Source: Takakia lepidozioides (lineage: Eukaryota; Plantae; Bryophyta). From it: 64,000 nt of DNA. The stretch's first letter is position 1. Each line of letters starts with the position of its first letter. The stretch is taken from NCBI GenBank assembly GCA_030704615.1, contig CM060732.1:57660001-57724000 (forward strand), written 5' to 3'. Shown piece after piece: positions 1 through 12,000 of the stretch. A program made the position numbers and the translations under genes. Under the pieces are notes generated by a model, which saw only the letters and a list, made by a program, of their open reading frames with translations, was not told the DNA's origin and made no database searches.

Positions 1-141
1 TCCTCTAAGTCGCGTGCAGCCTTTTTATACTATGCTCGAAAGAGCCGTTACAGTCTGCGGTCGTTAATGACCATTTGCCTAACTGCCTATGCAACCTAAA
101 AGGTTTGCTAAAAAGTGGCTCATTGCAGTGGTCGTGTAGTG
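1..141 (-). mobile_element. Possible terminus of a CACTA/EnSpm DNA transposon
   Basis: Minus strand reads CACTACACGACC from position 141. The partner terminus is not visible in the window. Confidence 0.25.
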
Positions 142-1106
142 TGAAAAGAAGGGGGCATAAATCCCCTTCTAGTTAACTCCTAAATTGTTCCTTACCCAAA
201 TATACACTTACTGCCCTATGACTCACACCACAAGAATTACTTCTACTCTATTCATGACCAAAGATTGGGTACCCTCATCCACGCCGCAGCGGAAGAGAAG
301 ACATGGACAGGGGTTGAGAAGTTTCTCTAATTTATAACTTGGCTCATTTATAAACAGGGTATTGCATATGCCAGGGTTCTGTTTCCTAAATGTTTCAACA
401 CATACATTATCACAAAATCAGGTTAGCCAGCACCCATGAAGAGCAATCACTTGATAATACTGGCAGACGAGTTCCATGAAGTACACATCAAGTTTTGTGG
501 TCATTGGTTCAACTACAACCAGCTCCGGGTTTTCCACACACATAACCTCACTTTGATGATCCACCATTCCTCTTTCAAGATCTCTTTTCCCCATCCCTTT
601 GCATCAAGGATGTATGAAAGTTACACACACTCGCCTGCTACTCAATGCAAATTCCCAATTGTACCCCATATTGAGCTATGCACAGGCACATGAGGAAGCA
701 ACTCAGCCAGCTTGTATGCCAATTGCTTGTCCTCATCAGGTGGTGGCCTATCATCTTCTTATGGTGATAATGAAAGTGAACACAATGGAAACACTCCACT
801 CATGAATTCACTCAATCACATAAACTAAGTGAAGCCAATGGCACCTTTGCTAAAGGAATCCACCCTACAAAGCCCTCACCACACTCCCTCTCAATACCTA
901 GAGCTATGGAGGTGGGAGAGGCTCATGGAGGCTCAACTATAAGAAGATGAGCCTACCTCAACCCTCACGAGGGGAAAACCCATCCCCATGTCCCAAATGA
1001 GGCTTGACACCTCATTTGGCATGCGAGACCAAATGAAGTCCCAACACACAAAATACAAATGTAAATATCCAAAATGTCCTTATTAACTAGAAGTAGGTAA
1101 TTCTAG

Positions 1107-2615
1107 TTAACCATGACTAAAACCATGACACATAGTTTGCACGCCTTGCATGACCAGCGGCACATTTGAGATGTGTTTGTGCGTAGAATCCACGCCACCA
1201 TCTGGTAATAGGATTTGGCAGGGTTGCATGTCTTCTTGAACTAGTCCCAATCTGTCAGCAAAACCCTTTGACAACATGTTATGAGTGTTGCCTGTATCAA
1301 TCAGCACATGAGTGGAAATTCCAGCTACTCTCCCCTGAACCCGTATCACACTGGGGTCATGCGCTATCTGGTCTCCAATGATAGCTGCAGAAACCCGTAC
1401 AATATGACCTTTTCCTTTTTCCTGCCCTGACTTTTCTCCAACTTCAACAACTGTACATGGTTCCGTAGGTTCTTCAACTGTCAAGGCGGCTGTCTATCGA
1501 GACTGACGGTAATTTGGGTACTTCGTACACTCAGCAGCTCTGTGTCCGGGTTCATGGCACAAGAAACACAAACCCTTACGCCTGTGTTCTTTCTGCTCTT
1601 TGAAACTGAGCCTTGGAGGAGCTCTCATGGGCGGTCTCCGTGTGGCTTGATCCCCCACCTTCTTAAACTGTTTAAACCTCTTCCAATTCCCTCTCTTCGC
1701 TGGTGACTACCAAAGACCAGATGATCTAGGCTTGAATTCTGCCGTTCCACGAGCAAAATTCGCCGAATGTTGTGCCCTCATTTCACTCTCAAAATTACAT
1801 GCCAACCGATATGCTTATGTCTCGGTATGAGGATTATGGGCCTTGGCCTTAAATTTGAGAGAATCACTGAGGCCATCAACAAAAAAATCAACTCTGTCCT
1901 CTTCACTCAGTGAGCCTGGGAAATAACTGGCATGGGTTTCAAACCTTGTCTTAAACTCTCCCACGCTCATAGTCTCCTATTTCAGCCTGAACAATTCAAC
2001 CTTTATCCTATGAGCATAGTCACTAGGGAGATAGTGAGCCAGAAATAGTGTCCTGAATGTCGCCCATGTATCAACTAGTGGTTTCTTATGCTCACGCCTT
2101 TCCTGTTTCTGCCGTGACCACCACAACTTTGCGGCATCACGAAGCTGCAAGGCCGCAGTTTGGATTTTGGCCTCTTTGGAGTAGTCTTCTTCGAAAAATT
2201 CTTCTAGGGTATCCCAAAAGGACAAAATCTCCTCAGGCTTCACAGAAGGCTTCATGTAAAATTTTGGCAATTTCACCAACCTCCTGATTTCCCTAGTGAC
2301 ATCCTTGCTTCTTTTCATCTTGGCCTCATGGGAATCGGCCTCAAATTCGTCCTCATTCCGTGGTTCACTCACAACCAACTCCCGAGATCGTTTATTAGTT
2401 TGAGTTTGTACAGGGGGCAACTTCTGTATCTCATATCGAATTAAAGCGCCTAGGACCTCCATCTGTTGCTGGGAAAATAATTGACTCCCACGTTCACGAT
2501 CTGAAGATCGGTGCAGGCTGGCCGCATTGGAATGCTCACGTTCTCTTGCCATTTCACTATCCTGATTGTCGTCACCGGGGTGTGTGCTCACAGAGCCGAA
2601 CGAGATCTGGCTCAT
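1107..2615 (-). pseudogene. Ty3/Gypsy gag-protease, degenerate
   Basis: Retrotransposon gag core (AAKLWWSR...TWATFRTLFLAHYLP) at 1977-2615, CCHC knuckle CFLCHEPGHRAAEC near 1530-1570, and aspartic protease motif VLIDTG in 1107-1484. Interrupted by stops and truncated before RT. Confidence 0.9.
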
Positions 2616-2680
2616 TCACACGATTTCCCTACTTCTTGAAATTCCAAAATTTCACGATTTGCTCTCCCCGATCGCGAAAC

Positions 2681-2693
2681 GGCTCTGATACCA
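2681..2693 (-). promoter_or_regulatory. Primer binding site (tRNA-iMet) of the Gypsy element; its 5' LTR starts at plus-strand 2696 and extends to an uncertain boundary near 3.5 kb
   Basis: Minus strand reads ...TTTACA-AG-TGGTATCAGAGCC immediately upstream of gag. Confidence 0.85.
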
Positions 2694-3609
2694 CTTGTAA
2701 AGTATCTATCTCTCTTTCCGCAGTCCAACTATGACCAATTTCAGGCAGTGCATATATGCTTTGCCTGTTTTGCTATTCATAGGGAATTTACTAGAATTCC
2801 AAAAGTATTTGCTCGGTACAAGCAAGGCCCTCAACATGTAGCGTCAATTCTCCACAGTGACAGAACTCAACTTACAGGGTTGGTCTCATTCCCAAGATTC
2901 CAAAGAAAACTGCTCGCTTGATTACGTCCAATAGGAAAATCAACAACAGTGCCAAAGCACTTCTCTCTTCATAACCACCTCAACCCAAAACCAGTATGGA
3001 CCTCTTGTAACCGGCCTCTTTATTCCAGTCATAATTCTTTGACTCAGATCGTAACAGAGATCACTCCAGTCCAACGATGGTTCAGCCCTGTTCTTCACAA
3101 GCCTTAAAGCAAACCTTTCTTATTCCAAACAGTGACTGGAATCAGATCTAAACTGCCCCTTTTCAAATCGGCTCTGATGAGACCTTAGTCACAGGATTTA
3201 TACCAAAATCACAGTCCCTACTGCTGCAAATCACCAACGGCCAGTGACGTCTATTCTAACATCGACCTGCAACTCTATAAGCACAGCACCGGTTACAACA
3301 TCCGGTCCACCCAGCCACCACGCCGTGCTACGTAGTTAGATTTCCTGCCCATTCAGATCTGCCCAAGGCGCCTGTACACCATCGTCTCTACTCCAACCAT
3401 CTTGCCCTATCCACAACACCGTCCAAAATCCCTAGTCCTGGATCATCTTTATGCTCACGAGCATGCTGCATTTAACCTGCAACTGTCAGTTCGGCGATAT
3501 TCTTGCAGTCTCTTGTCATTCCGAATTGGTTGACAGGTCGACCTTCCTTCCTGGCACCTAACAAGCGGTCCCAATATGGATGTGGCTTGATTTTATTGCA
3601 AGCGTGTGA

Positions 3610-5005
3610 GCTAACGGGTACGGCCCGCGAGGTACAGCCGGGGAACCCCCACTCCGGCAGCCTCGTCGGCGAGCTGGACGCCCCATGTCAAATCATCCCC
3701 ACCCCCCTCCGACCCCTCCGCCCGCTGCCCCGCCCCCGCCCGTCCGTCCGAGACCCCTGACCCCCGCCCCACCGCTGGCCACGCGACGCCCCACAGCACC
3801 GCCCGATCTCCAGCCACGTGGCGGCCCCCCGCACGGATTCCCTCACTGGGTTGATCCCTCTTCCAGTGCCGGAGTGATCCCCCACCCCCATCTCCAGCCA
3901 CGTGGCGCTCCCCCGAACGGTCGATCCCCTCCCCATCCATCCAACCTCAATTAAATGGATGACGGCCCCATGACGCGTCCATCGCCATGTGGCGCTCCCG
4001 CCGCCGTCGATCCCCTCCTCCCATCAACGGCGCGCTCCCCCGAGACGTCGCCGCTCCCCCGACGCGCCTTGATCCCCCTTCCGGACCGGGAGTGATCCCC
4101 CAACCCTAATCGCCTGCCATGTGCGGCTCCCCCGGACCGTCGATCCCCTGCGCATCCATCCAACCTCACAAACAATGGATGTTGTGTGTCATCCGCCCCT
4201 CATCCCCCGCCATCCTCCCGCGCAAGGGATGGACGACGGCCGGATAAAGGCCTGATGACACTGACAAGCCACGTGCTGCTCCACCCGCCGTCGATCCCCT
4301 CTTCCCATCGACGGCCCGATCCTCCGACACGTCGGCCCCCCCCCTCTCGGTTGATCCCCCATCCAATGCGGTGACTGATCCCCCTCCACCCATCGGACGG
4401 CACGTGGCACTCCCCTTGCCGCCGATCCCCTCGTCCCATCCACGGCGCGATCCCCCGACATGTCGCCGCTCCCCCCGACCTGGCTTGATCCCCACTCCGG
4501 ACCGGGAGTGATCCCCTACCCCTAATCGCCCGCCACATGCTGCTCCCCCAGACCGTCAATCCCCTGCACATCCATCCAACCTCAAAACAATGGATGTTCT
4601 GGGTCATCCGCCCCTCATCCCCCCCCCCCCCCCATCCTCCCGCGCAGTGGATGGACGACGGCCGGATGAAGGCCCCATGGCACGCCCACTGCCATGTGGC
4701 GCTCCCCCCGCCGTCGATCCCCTCATCCCATCGGAGGCGCGATCCCCCGGGCCATCGCCAGTTCCCCCCCCCCCCTCGTTTGATCCCCCGTCCAATGCGG
4801 TCACTGATCCCCCTCCAGCCATCGGCCGCCACGTGGTGCTCCCCTGAACCGCGGACCCCTGCGCATCCATCCAACCTCAAAACTGGGTCATCCACGGTCC
4901 CCCGGCATTCGATCCCGTCCTCCCATCCACATGGCGATCCCCCGGACCGCTCCCCCCCCCCGCCTCGGTTGATCCCCCGTCCAAACCGGGAATTGATCCC
5001 CCTCT
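3610..5005. repeat. C-rich, GC-rich complex tandem repeat block
   Basis: Recurrent GATCCCC, CCGCCGTCGATCCCCTC, CCACGTGG and CATCCATCCAACCTCA (near 3934, 4153, 4569, 4864). The overlapping G/P/R-rich ORFs here are repeat artefacts. Confidence 0.85.
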
Positions 5006-7520
5006 CGTCTCAAGTAACTGCCAATATAAAAACTTGGACATCCCATCACAATGGTTACTGCCGGGGTAGGGTTAATCTTCAATTGCCCCACTGCCCACAT
5101 GTAAGCTACCAGTTCCTTGTATTCCAGGGGAGCTTGGCGCCAGAATTCAACCAATTCTGCCCCTGACCATGTCTCCTCCTTAGCCAGGGGCCTCATCCTA
5201 TATCTCAGAGGAATAAGAATTTGATTGAGCAGATGCAATTGACCCAATGATTTGCAGGGGGTTAAGGTTTTGAAAACCTTCTCCAGTATTTCTGGGATTT
5301 GGTGGGCTGGAACTACCATCATTTTAAAGTATTCCTCTGAATACTTTAACCACTCCCCATCCTGCTTGCATGGCATGATTTGGAAATCATCCAATACTAC
5401 CGAAGTTGATGCTACCAGGACACTTGGTAGTGTTATAGGGTTTATCTCTTGAGTAGATGGCCCTGCTGTGGCCTGTACCAGTGTCTGTTGACTCGGTGGT
5501 GGTTGTGTTGCTGGTGGTGTTTGTGTTGGTATTGTTGTTGTTGATGGTATTGGTGTCTCTCGTTCGTGATCTTGCTCCTCTTGATCCTCTTCGTCCATGA
5601 GCTCCTCTTGTTCTGGAATTGGTGGTAGGAACTCCTCATGAATGTCTGTCACCAACTTCGCCAACTGACATTTCATCTGCCTCACCATTGCCCCGTTGAG
5701 TTTCTTCATCTCCAATTCACTCCCATCATTCAACCAGGCTCTGGCTAAGGTTGTGTCTGCTGCATCCAATGCTGCTTGCAGTGTCAGCTTCTCCAGCTGC
5801 TGCTTCCATTCTTGTTCATTGCCCATGGCAATGTCTCTTTCTGTGGTGGCTGTAAACAGCCTGCTCTCAGCATTCTCCCTTTCCCTCAACAGTGTAGTGT
5901 TGTTGCTGAGCCACTTGGTTCCTTGATCTCTGGCAGTCCTTAACTGTCCCTTGAGTGTCTCCACCTGTTGCTTAAGCGTCTGCAGTTGTCATGTGAGTGT
6001 TTCCACCTCTGTCTCTGTTTTTCGAGATCGCTCTCGCTCTGCATCTAGGTCGGCTTGGACATGGCGTGTTTCGTCTCTCTGTCTTTCCCACTTTTGCTCC
6101 CACTCATCTCTGCGTTGTGCCAAAGTGTTGTATTGGCGGAGTAAGGTCGACTTTTGATCTTCTAATGCTGCAATTGTAACCTCATGGTTACATACTATTC
6201 TTGCAGTGGCCAATTCCCTCTGGTGTTTCTCTTTGATGTGGTCTAAGATCATGTTCAGGTTTTCCGGGCTGATGTAATCTTTGGCCCTGTCCATACAAGC
6301 TGTCAGTTGACCCAATGCTTGTATTGCCTGTAAAATGACATTCTGTGGCGTTTCCTCCAACCCTGTGTCCCATGCTGTTGTATCCAGAACTTGTTGTGCT
6401 AGTAATAATTCCAAATTGGAATTTCTGTCTTGCTGCTGCTGACTTGGTGCCTCTTGCACCATCTGCTGTTGCTGCGCCATTATGTCTCCCTCCTCTGTTC
6501 CTGGTTGTGTGGTCTCTATGTGTGCTGCTTGCTGATTTTCAGTGTTGTCATGGCTAATTTCCATGGGCGTTGCTTCGTTGGTATATGGTTGGTTCCCTCC
6601 TTCTGGCTGTTGATTCTCCCCTTCTCTTTGCACCGGGGAATCAGCCGTCGAGTTGATGATGTCATGTGCTATTGCACTTGTGGTTGCTTTGTTGATCCGG
6701 GCTCTCTTTGCAAGTCCGCCCTCTTCTTCTTCCTGACCTGCTGCCGTCTCACTTCCTTCTTCCGCCCAACGTCGCTTGCTCTTCGGACATTAGGTGTACA
6801 GTATGTCGAATCATCTGGACTAACAAGGGAGTTGCCATGGTAACAGTTGCTTCCTTCTTCTTCTTCTTTGTCAACCTGGTCAGTTCTTGGGTTAACTTCT
6901 TCAATTTGAAGCTTGCCCAATTCACGATTTGCCCATTGAAGCAAATCAACAGTTGATCAATTAGCTCCTTGGTACAATAGCTGTGGTTTTGCCTGAGGCA
7001 AAGCAACGTGCTAAGTACTGGGGCTATCTTCCTGAAGCCGGGGCTTTTGCTGTGGCTGCATGTGTAGCATTGATCTGCTTGGTTGAGATTCTCAAACAAA
7101 TCTGCAAGTACAAACGTTGGAGGTTTGCCGTTGTGCGCCGGTACGTCCAGACTGGGAAGGTGAAGAAACTTCCGCCAAGTATTTCTCCGTCAGCAGGATG
7201 TGTGTGTCGCGGACATTTGTGCTCCGAGTGCTGGTGTTGTAATTCTCCAAGAACTCCCTGCACAACTCGTCGTGCTTCAGGTTCCAGTCAAGCGTGGTGA
7301 TGAAGTATCACAGGCCAAGACTGTCCAACGTCTCATGTGTCTCTGTGTCCTGCTCAATCTTCCGCAACGCCGGGCTGATTTTGAAATTGACTTGTGCATA
7401 AGAACTTGGTGCCTTCCGCTTAGTGCCTGTCATTTCTCTTGCGGTTGTTGTAAGGAATTGGACCACCAATTCCTGTATCACAAGCAGTATGAAGCACACT
7501 GGAAGTTGTGTATACAGCAA
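4888..7520 (-). pseudogene. Fragmented long coiled-coil ORF, probably an accessory ORF of an LTR retrotransposon
   Basis: Consecutive same-strand ORFs (7308-7520, 6669-6944, 5989-6633, 4888-5964) of E/Q/K/R-rich helical composition, separated by stops and frameshifts, lying between Copia and Gypsy remnants. No enzymatic motif recognised. Confidence 0.45.
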
Positions 7521-7678
7521 TTTCTAGTTTGCGGAAGAGAAGGTGAGGAGTTCGCTTCTGGGTTTAAGTAGGGGTTCTCCTCTGTAGGTTTCTCCTTTAA
7601 CTTTTCTCGAGTTTGTCGTGGAGGTAATTATATCCTGCTGGTTGTCTAAGTTTCTGACATGATAGGTGTAGATCCCAA

Positions 7679-8986
7679 CTATGGTGAAAATGTGGTAAGA
7701 GCACTAGAGACATGATGGTGTAATCTATACAAACAATTATCAAGAATAGCTCTTGCTACCACAATTCCTGAGCTATCTGTGATAGTGCAACTCTCATCTT
7801 GGAATACCACTCTGTATCCATTTGCAACAATTTGCTTTATAGACAGCAGGTTCTTTGTTAAAGTAGGGACATGTATGACATTTTCCACCTCTATGGTTTC
7901 CCCTTCATTGAACATAAGAAAGACTGAGCCTTCCCCACTAATGGCATGATTGCTATCATCTCCCAAAAGAACATATTATGTAGATGAAAAAGATCTATAG
8001 GATAAGAAATGCTCTCTCTCTGAACTCATATGTTGAGATGCTCCCGAATCAACATACCACACATGCTTCTATCTAGTAGTGGCTGAGAGAGACACAACTA
8101 ATATAAAAGCATTCCTTTGATGAGTAGCTATGTTCCCTTGACCCTCTCTGCCGCGTCTGCAATGTGCTTTCTACAATCCTTGATTATGTGACCAAGTTTC
8201 TTGCAATAAAAACACCTCACTTTGGCATTTTTGATCTTTGAGCTAGATTGAGGTTTCTGAAACCTCTAGGATTTCTGAGACACATGTGAAGGAAGTTTTC
8301 TATTCATGACTACTCCAGTCTTAGCCTGTGAACAAAGCTCTGTCTACCTCTGTAGACGTATCTTGACCTTTTCTTCTTGTTTCCTTCTTAAGGAGAAGTC
8401 CTATGACAATATCAATTGTTATGTTGGTTTGTCCTACAAGAGACACCACAAAACCATCATAGGATTCAGGTAAGGTTTCCATTAACACCACTGCGGCGTG
8501 TTCATCAGTCACATTAGTTCCCACAGAGACTAGTTGATCTCGCAACACACAAAACAAATTCAAGTGTTGTTCAACTGAGTCTGACTCGGTTATCTTCAGA
8601 CCATAGAACTTTTGCGTCGCATACACCTGCATGTGACATCCTTTGTCTCATATATGCTTGCTAGCTTGTCCCAAATATCCTTAGCATTCTTAGTACTTAT
8701 AATGAGATGCAACTGATTGTCTCTCAAGCTTGTGATGATGCTAGCTCTTGCTTTCTGATCTTTCCTATTCCATATGGTTTGGCCAACAATAGTGTCAGGT
8801 CTTGGGACGGACAACCACTCCCCATAGACCTTTGTCTAGAAGGACCATCTCCATCCTAAGCTTCCAGGTTTGATAGTTAGCTCCATGGAATCGATCTTCC
8901 ACTCTCATATCTAATGCACTCGTCATCATAGAAGGAGGATTGTTAGAAGACAACGCTCCAGCCATGATAAGTTCTCTCAATCTCAA
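7679..8986 (-). pseudogene. Ty1/Copia gag-protease (5' part), degenerate
   Basis: GANYQTWKLRMEMVLLDKGLW (copia gag N-terminus), UBN2-type gag (LPESYDGFVVSL), CFYCKKLGH knuckle, WYVDSGASQHM protease and the ENVIHVPTLTKNLLSI pre-integrase region. Several frameshifts. Confidence 0.92.
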
Positions 8987-9025
8987 CTACCAACTCTCAC
9001 CTAGAGAAGAATGGCTCTGATACCA

Positions 9026-9333
9026 TGTTAGAATTGAGCAAGAACGTGAACAAGAACTAAAGTCTTAGACTAAAGCTAAAACTAAAGCTCTCCTCCCAAC
9101 CATAGAAGCCACCATCATACTCTTACACTTAGATTAGTGGCTTCACCCCCGAGCTTGTACAAGAAGGTCTCTAGAAAGTCCTACTTGGTCACTTCCACTT
9201 CCTACTATGGTGACCATCCACCTTCTAGCCATTCACCTTCCAATGGTGAGTTAAACAAGTCAGTCTCTTAGACTTCTAACCCTTTGGCCTTCAAGACTCT
9301 TAGTCTTCTAGATATGTTTAATTACTTCCAACA
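9026..9333 (-). mobile_element. Copia 5' LTR, with tRNA-iMet PBS at 9013-9025
   Basis: Ends TGTTAGAA...TTCCAACA form TG...CA inverted termini. On the minus strand it is followed directly by TGGTATCAGAGCC. Confidence 0.85.
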
Positions 9334-10479
9334 GTTGCCAGCCAATAGCCTGGATTTCATACACTGCCCTCTATAGTAGCCACCCATGAATCAACCTACC
9401 CAAACTTCAAAAATGGCATAGTAGCTATGAGCGTTGTGTTTGCGTACCTCCCATCCCCGCCCATAAGCGCGCCCCACACATGTTGGCCCATGTTGGTATT
9501 TCACTGATGCAATCGTAGGGTTGTTTGGGGTCTCCTAAGCTGAGAAAGTGTGACAGAGGAGTTCTGGCATTTCAAGAAAGTAAAGGGTTGATAAAAGATG
9601 TGACCTGATCCAATTAGAGACAAAACAAGGACAAGATTCAGAATCCTGGCACAATTTCATAGCAAATTTTCTTCTCTTTCCAACTAGCAATGGAAGATTC
9701 TGTAGTGTGTAATACGATTGAGTGTACATTTTGACAGTCAGATCCTAATGGGTCATTTGACAATTGCCAAGCTTGCTCTTAATGCAGCTCATTGTACTTT
9801 CAGTAGAACATCTTTCATCTTCTACAGAGCCAAGGACCTGAACCAGGACTATCTCTACTAGCTTAAAATACTCTGCGATCTTGTTAGTAAGAAGCTATGA
9901 AGTTGCCAGTTGCAGCAGAGAGACTGCGGAGAGGACAGGGCAGAAGAGAAGAGGTGTTTGCGTCACTAATTAGAAATTGATGGATGCATGTGCTCCGTAT
10001 GGCGGAGCCTTATAGCCCTCAAACATTGCTGCCCATTGATGTCTTGGACAGGGGATATGGAGGTGAGGTTACCTTGTTTGCTTGAGAGCTTTCCTGGACC
10101 ACCATTAAGTCATTGCTTGGATTCCTACTTTGCAAGCTTATTTCTGATTAATGTGAGGTGCAAAGAGGATTTGGTCTTGAAGCTGCCTTGGGATTTGTTC
10201 ATGATCAGGCTGAGGCTATGCCTTGGCGTCACGTGTGGCACCTCGTCCTATAACCCGCCAAGGTGACCCGGAGGATCAAAGAGTTAGGGTCGAATCTTGG
10301 TTGCCACGAACTCCAGTATTTTCAGCTCATTAGGTTCAGCTGACCCACCAGACTAATGTGCTTGAGCATGACATGCAGTGGATCTTTCTTAGATTCTTTT
10401 GTGGGGGCAACTATTGAAGGCAGTTTCAACGGTCAATTTCTGCCGATCCTTATAGGTTATGTGGCAATCCGAATGCGTG

Positions 10480-11143
10480 TCTAACAGTTCAGGCGTGTAA
10501 TAAGCCTGAACGGTGATAGTGCTAAAGGCTCACGAAAAGATGAGAAAGAGCAGCAATCTGGGGGTGGAAGTCTTTTTGGCCTCAATTTCAAGGACGAGAC
10601 AGAGAAGGAGTGGACTGGAGATGAGATTGATCTACTTAGGAAGCAAATGGTCAAGCATCCCCGGGGAACATTACAACGATGGGAGGTAATTTCTGAAGCT
10701 TTTGCTGGAGCTCACAGTGTGGTGAGTGTGATTAAGATGTCCAAATTGTTGGGAAGAAGTTTGCTGTGACGGGGACGCATATGCCAAGTTTCTAGCAGAA
10801 CGAAAGGGTGCAGAGAAAGCAATCAACTCTCCATTGAGCCAGAGATCAAATTTGGAACCATCATCAAGTGGTCAAGTGAAGGGTGGGAAGGGCAAAGATA
10901 CAAGTAGCGACAGCGCACCCAATGGAATAGAAGGGAAGGTGAGCAGATCTGACCGGACAGAGAAGGAAGACAAAGCACTACTGATTGCACTGAAAGTTTT
11001 TCCCAAGGACACCCCGATGCGGTGGGACAAAGTTGCTGTTGCCTGGTAAATCCAAATCTCTGTGTTTCAGACAGTTCTCAGAGTTGAGGAACTGTTTTCG
11101 TAGTATGAAGACAGACAACAATGCAGAGCAAGGGCTGGAATAG
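10480..11143 (+). pseudogene. MAMYB-like two-SANT/MYB domain gene fragment with frameshifts
   Basis: EWTGDEIDLLRKQMVKHPRGTLQRWEVISEAF and EKEDKALLIALKVFPKDTPMRWDKVAVA / PGKSKSLCFRQFSELR are SANT repeats of the plant membrane-anchored MYB (DnaJ-MYB related) type. The frame breaks near 10755 and 11040. Confidence 0.75.
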
Positions 11144-12000
11144 AGAATCCAAGTCTTGCTGTTTTACTTCGCTTCATCTTGTGGAATGTTGGGCTTGATT
11201 ATTTGCTGGACCTTTTTGACTTCGCTATTGTTTCACTACGTGTCACGGCTCACTGGATGATTTTAGGGAATTCGCCTTCCAATGGTGGCAGGAGGAACAA
11301 AGAGATAGACCAGCTTGTGCAGCATAAATGTCGATTTAGCTGAACATAAATGGCATCAGATCGGATTTAGTCTTTTCCTTTAGAGTAGGCAAGTGAGTCT
11401 GTAGTGGGCACTGGACCCATGGCCTCGAAGTGAAGAACCAAGACAACCATACCCTGCTGCAGGGATTGTTGTGCGCTCGCAGGTCAATTACCTGCCAAAA
11501 TAATATTTCAATGTTCCCATCCTGCCCGTGCGAGTAGTGTCTATGAGGCATCCACATGACTTGCTTTCACCTCTGGTTTGTCTCTCGCTTCATGTTATGC
11601 CAGAAGATCACTGATACTTGCACCCAGCTAAGAAGCATATGTGGTATCGAAGACTGAGGAACAGCAAGCAGCTAGGAGAGGTCCACTGTGAAGAAATGTG
11701 CACTTCTCGAGAGGTGGGTGCATGTGCCACCCTCATCAGGGAGAAAACAACAGAGGGAGTGGGGGAGAGATAGGGACCCAAAGCGTTTGGGTTCTCTCCC
11801 AGTCAGGAGTGCCCCAATTCACAAAGCAATACTCTGAAACAACATGGCCCTCAGAAGTGGTAACAATCATCCTCAGATCTTGATCCAAGTATGGGACCAG
11901 ATGGTGTGGAATTCAGTTGCAACTCTCGGTCAACTGAGAGAATGTCTCACACGAATTATCCCATGCTGGCAAATGTGGCATCAACTCAATTCCTTGTTGG

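Noticed and set aside
3503-5166. Overlapping G/P/R-rich ORFs
   Set aside because: They are a by-product of a GC-rich repeat lacking stop codons.
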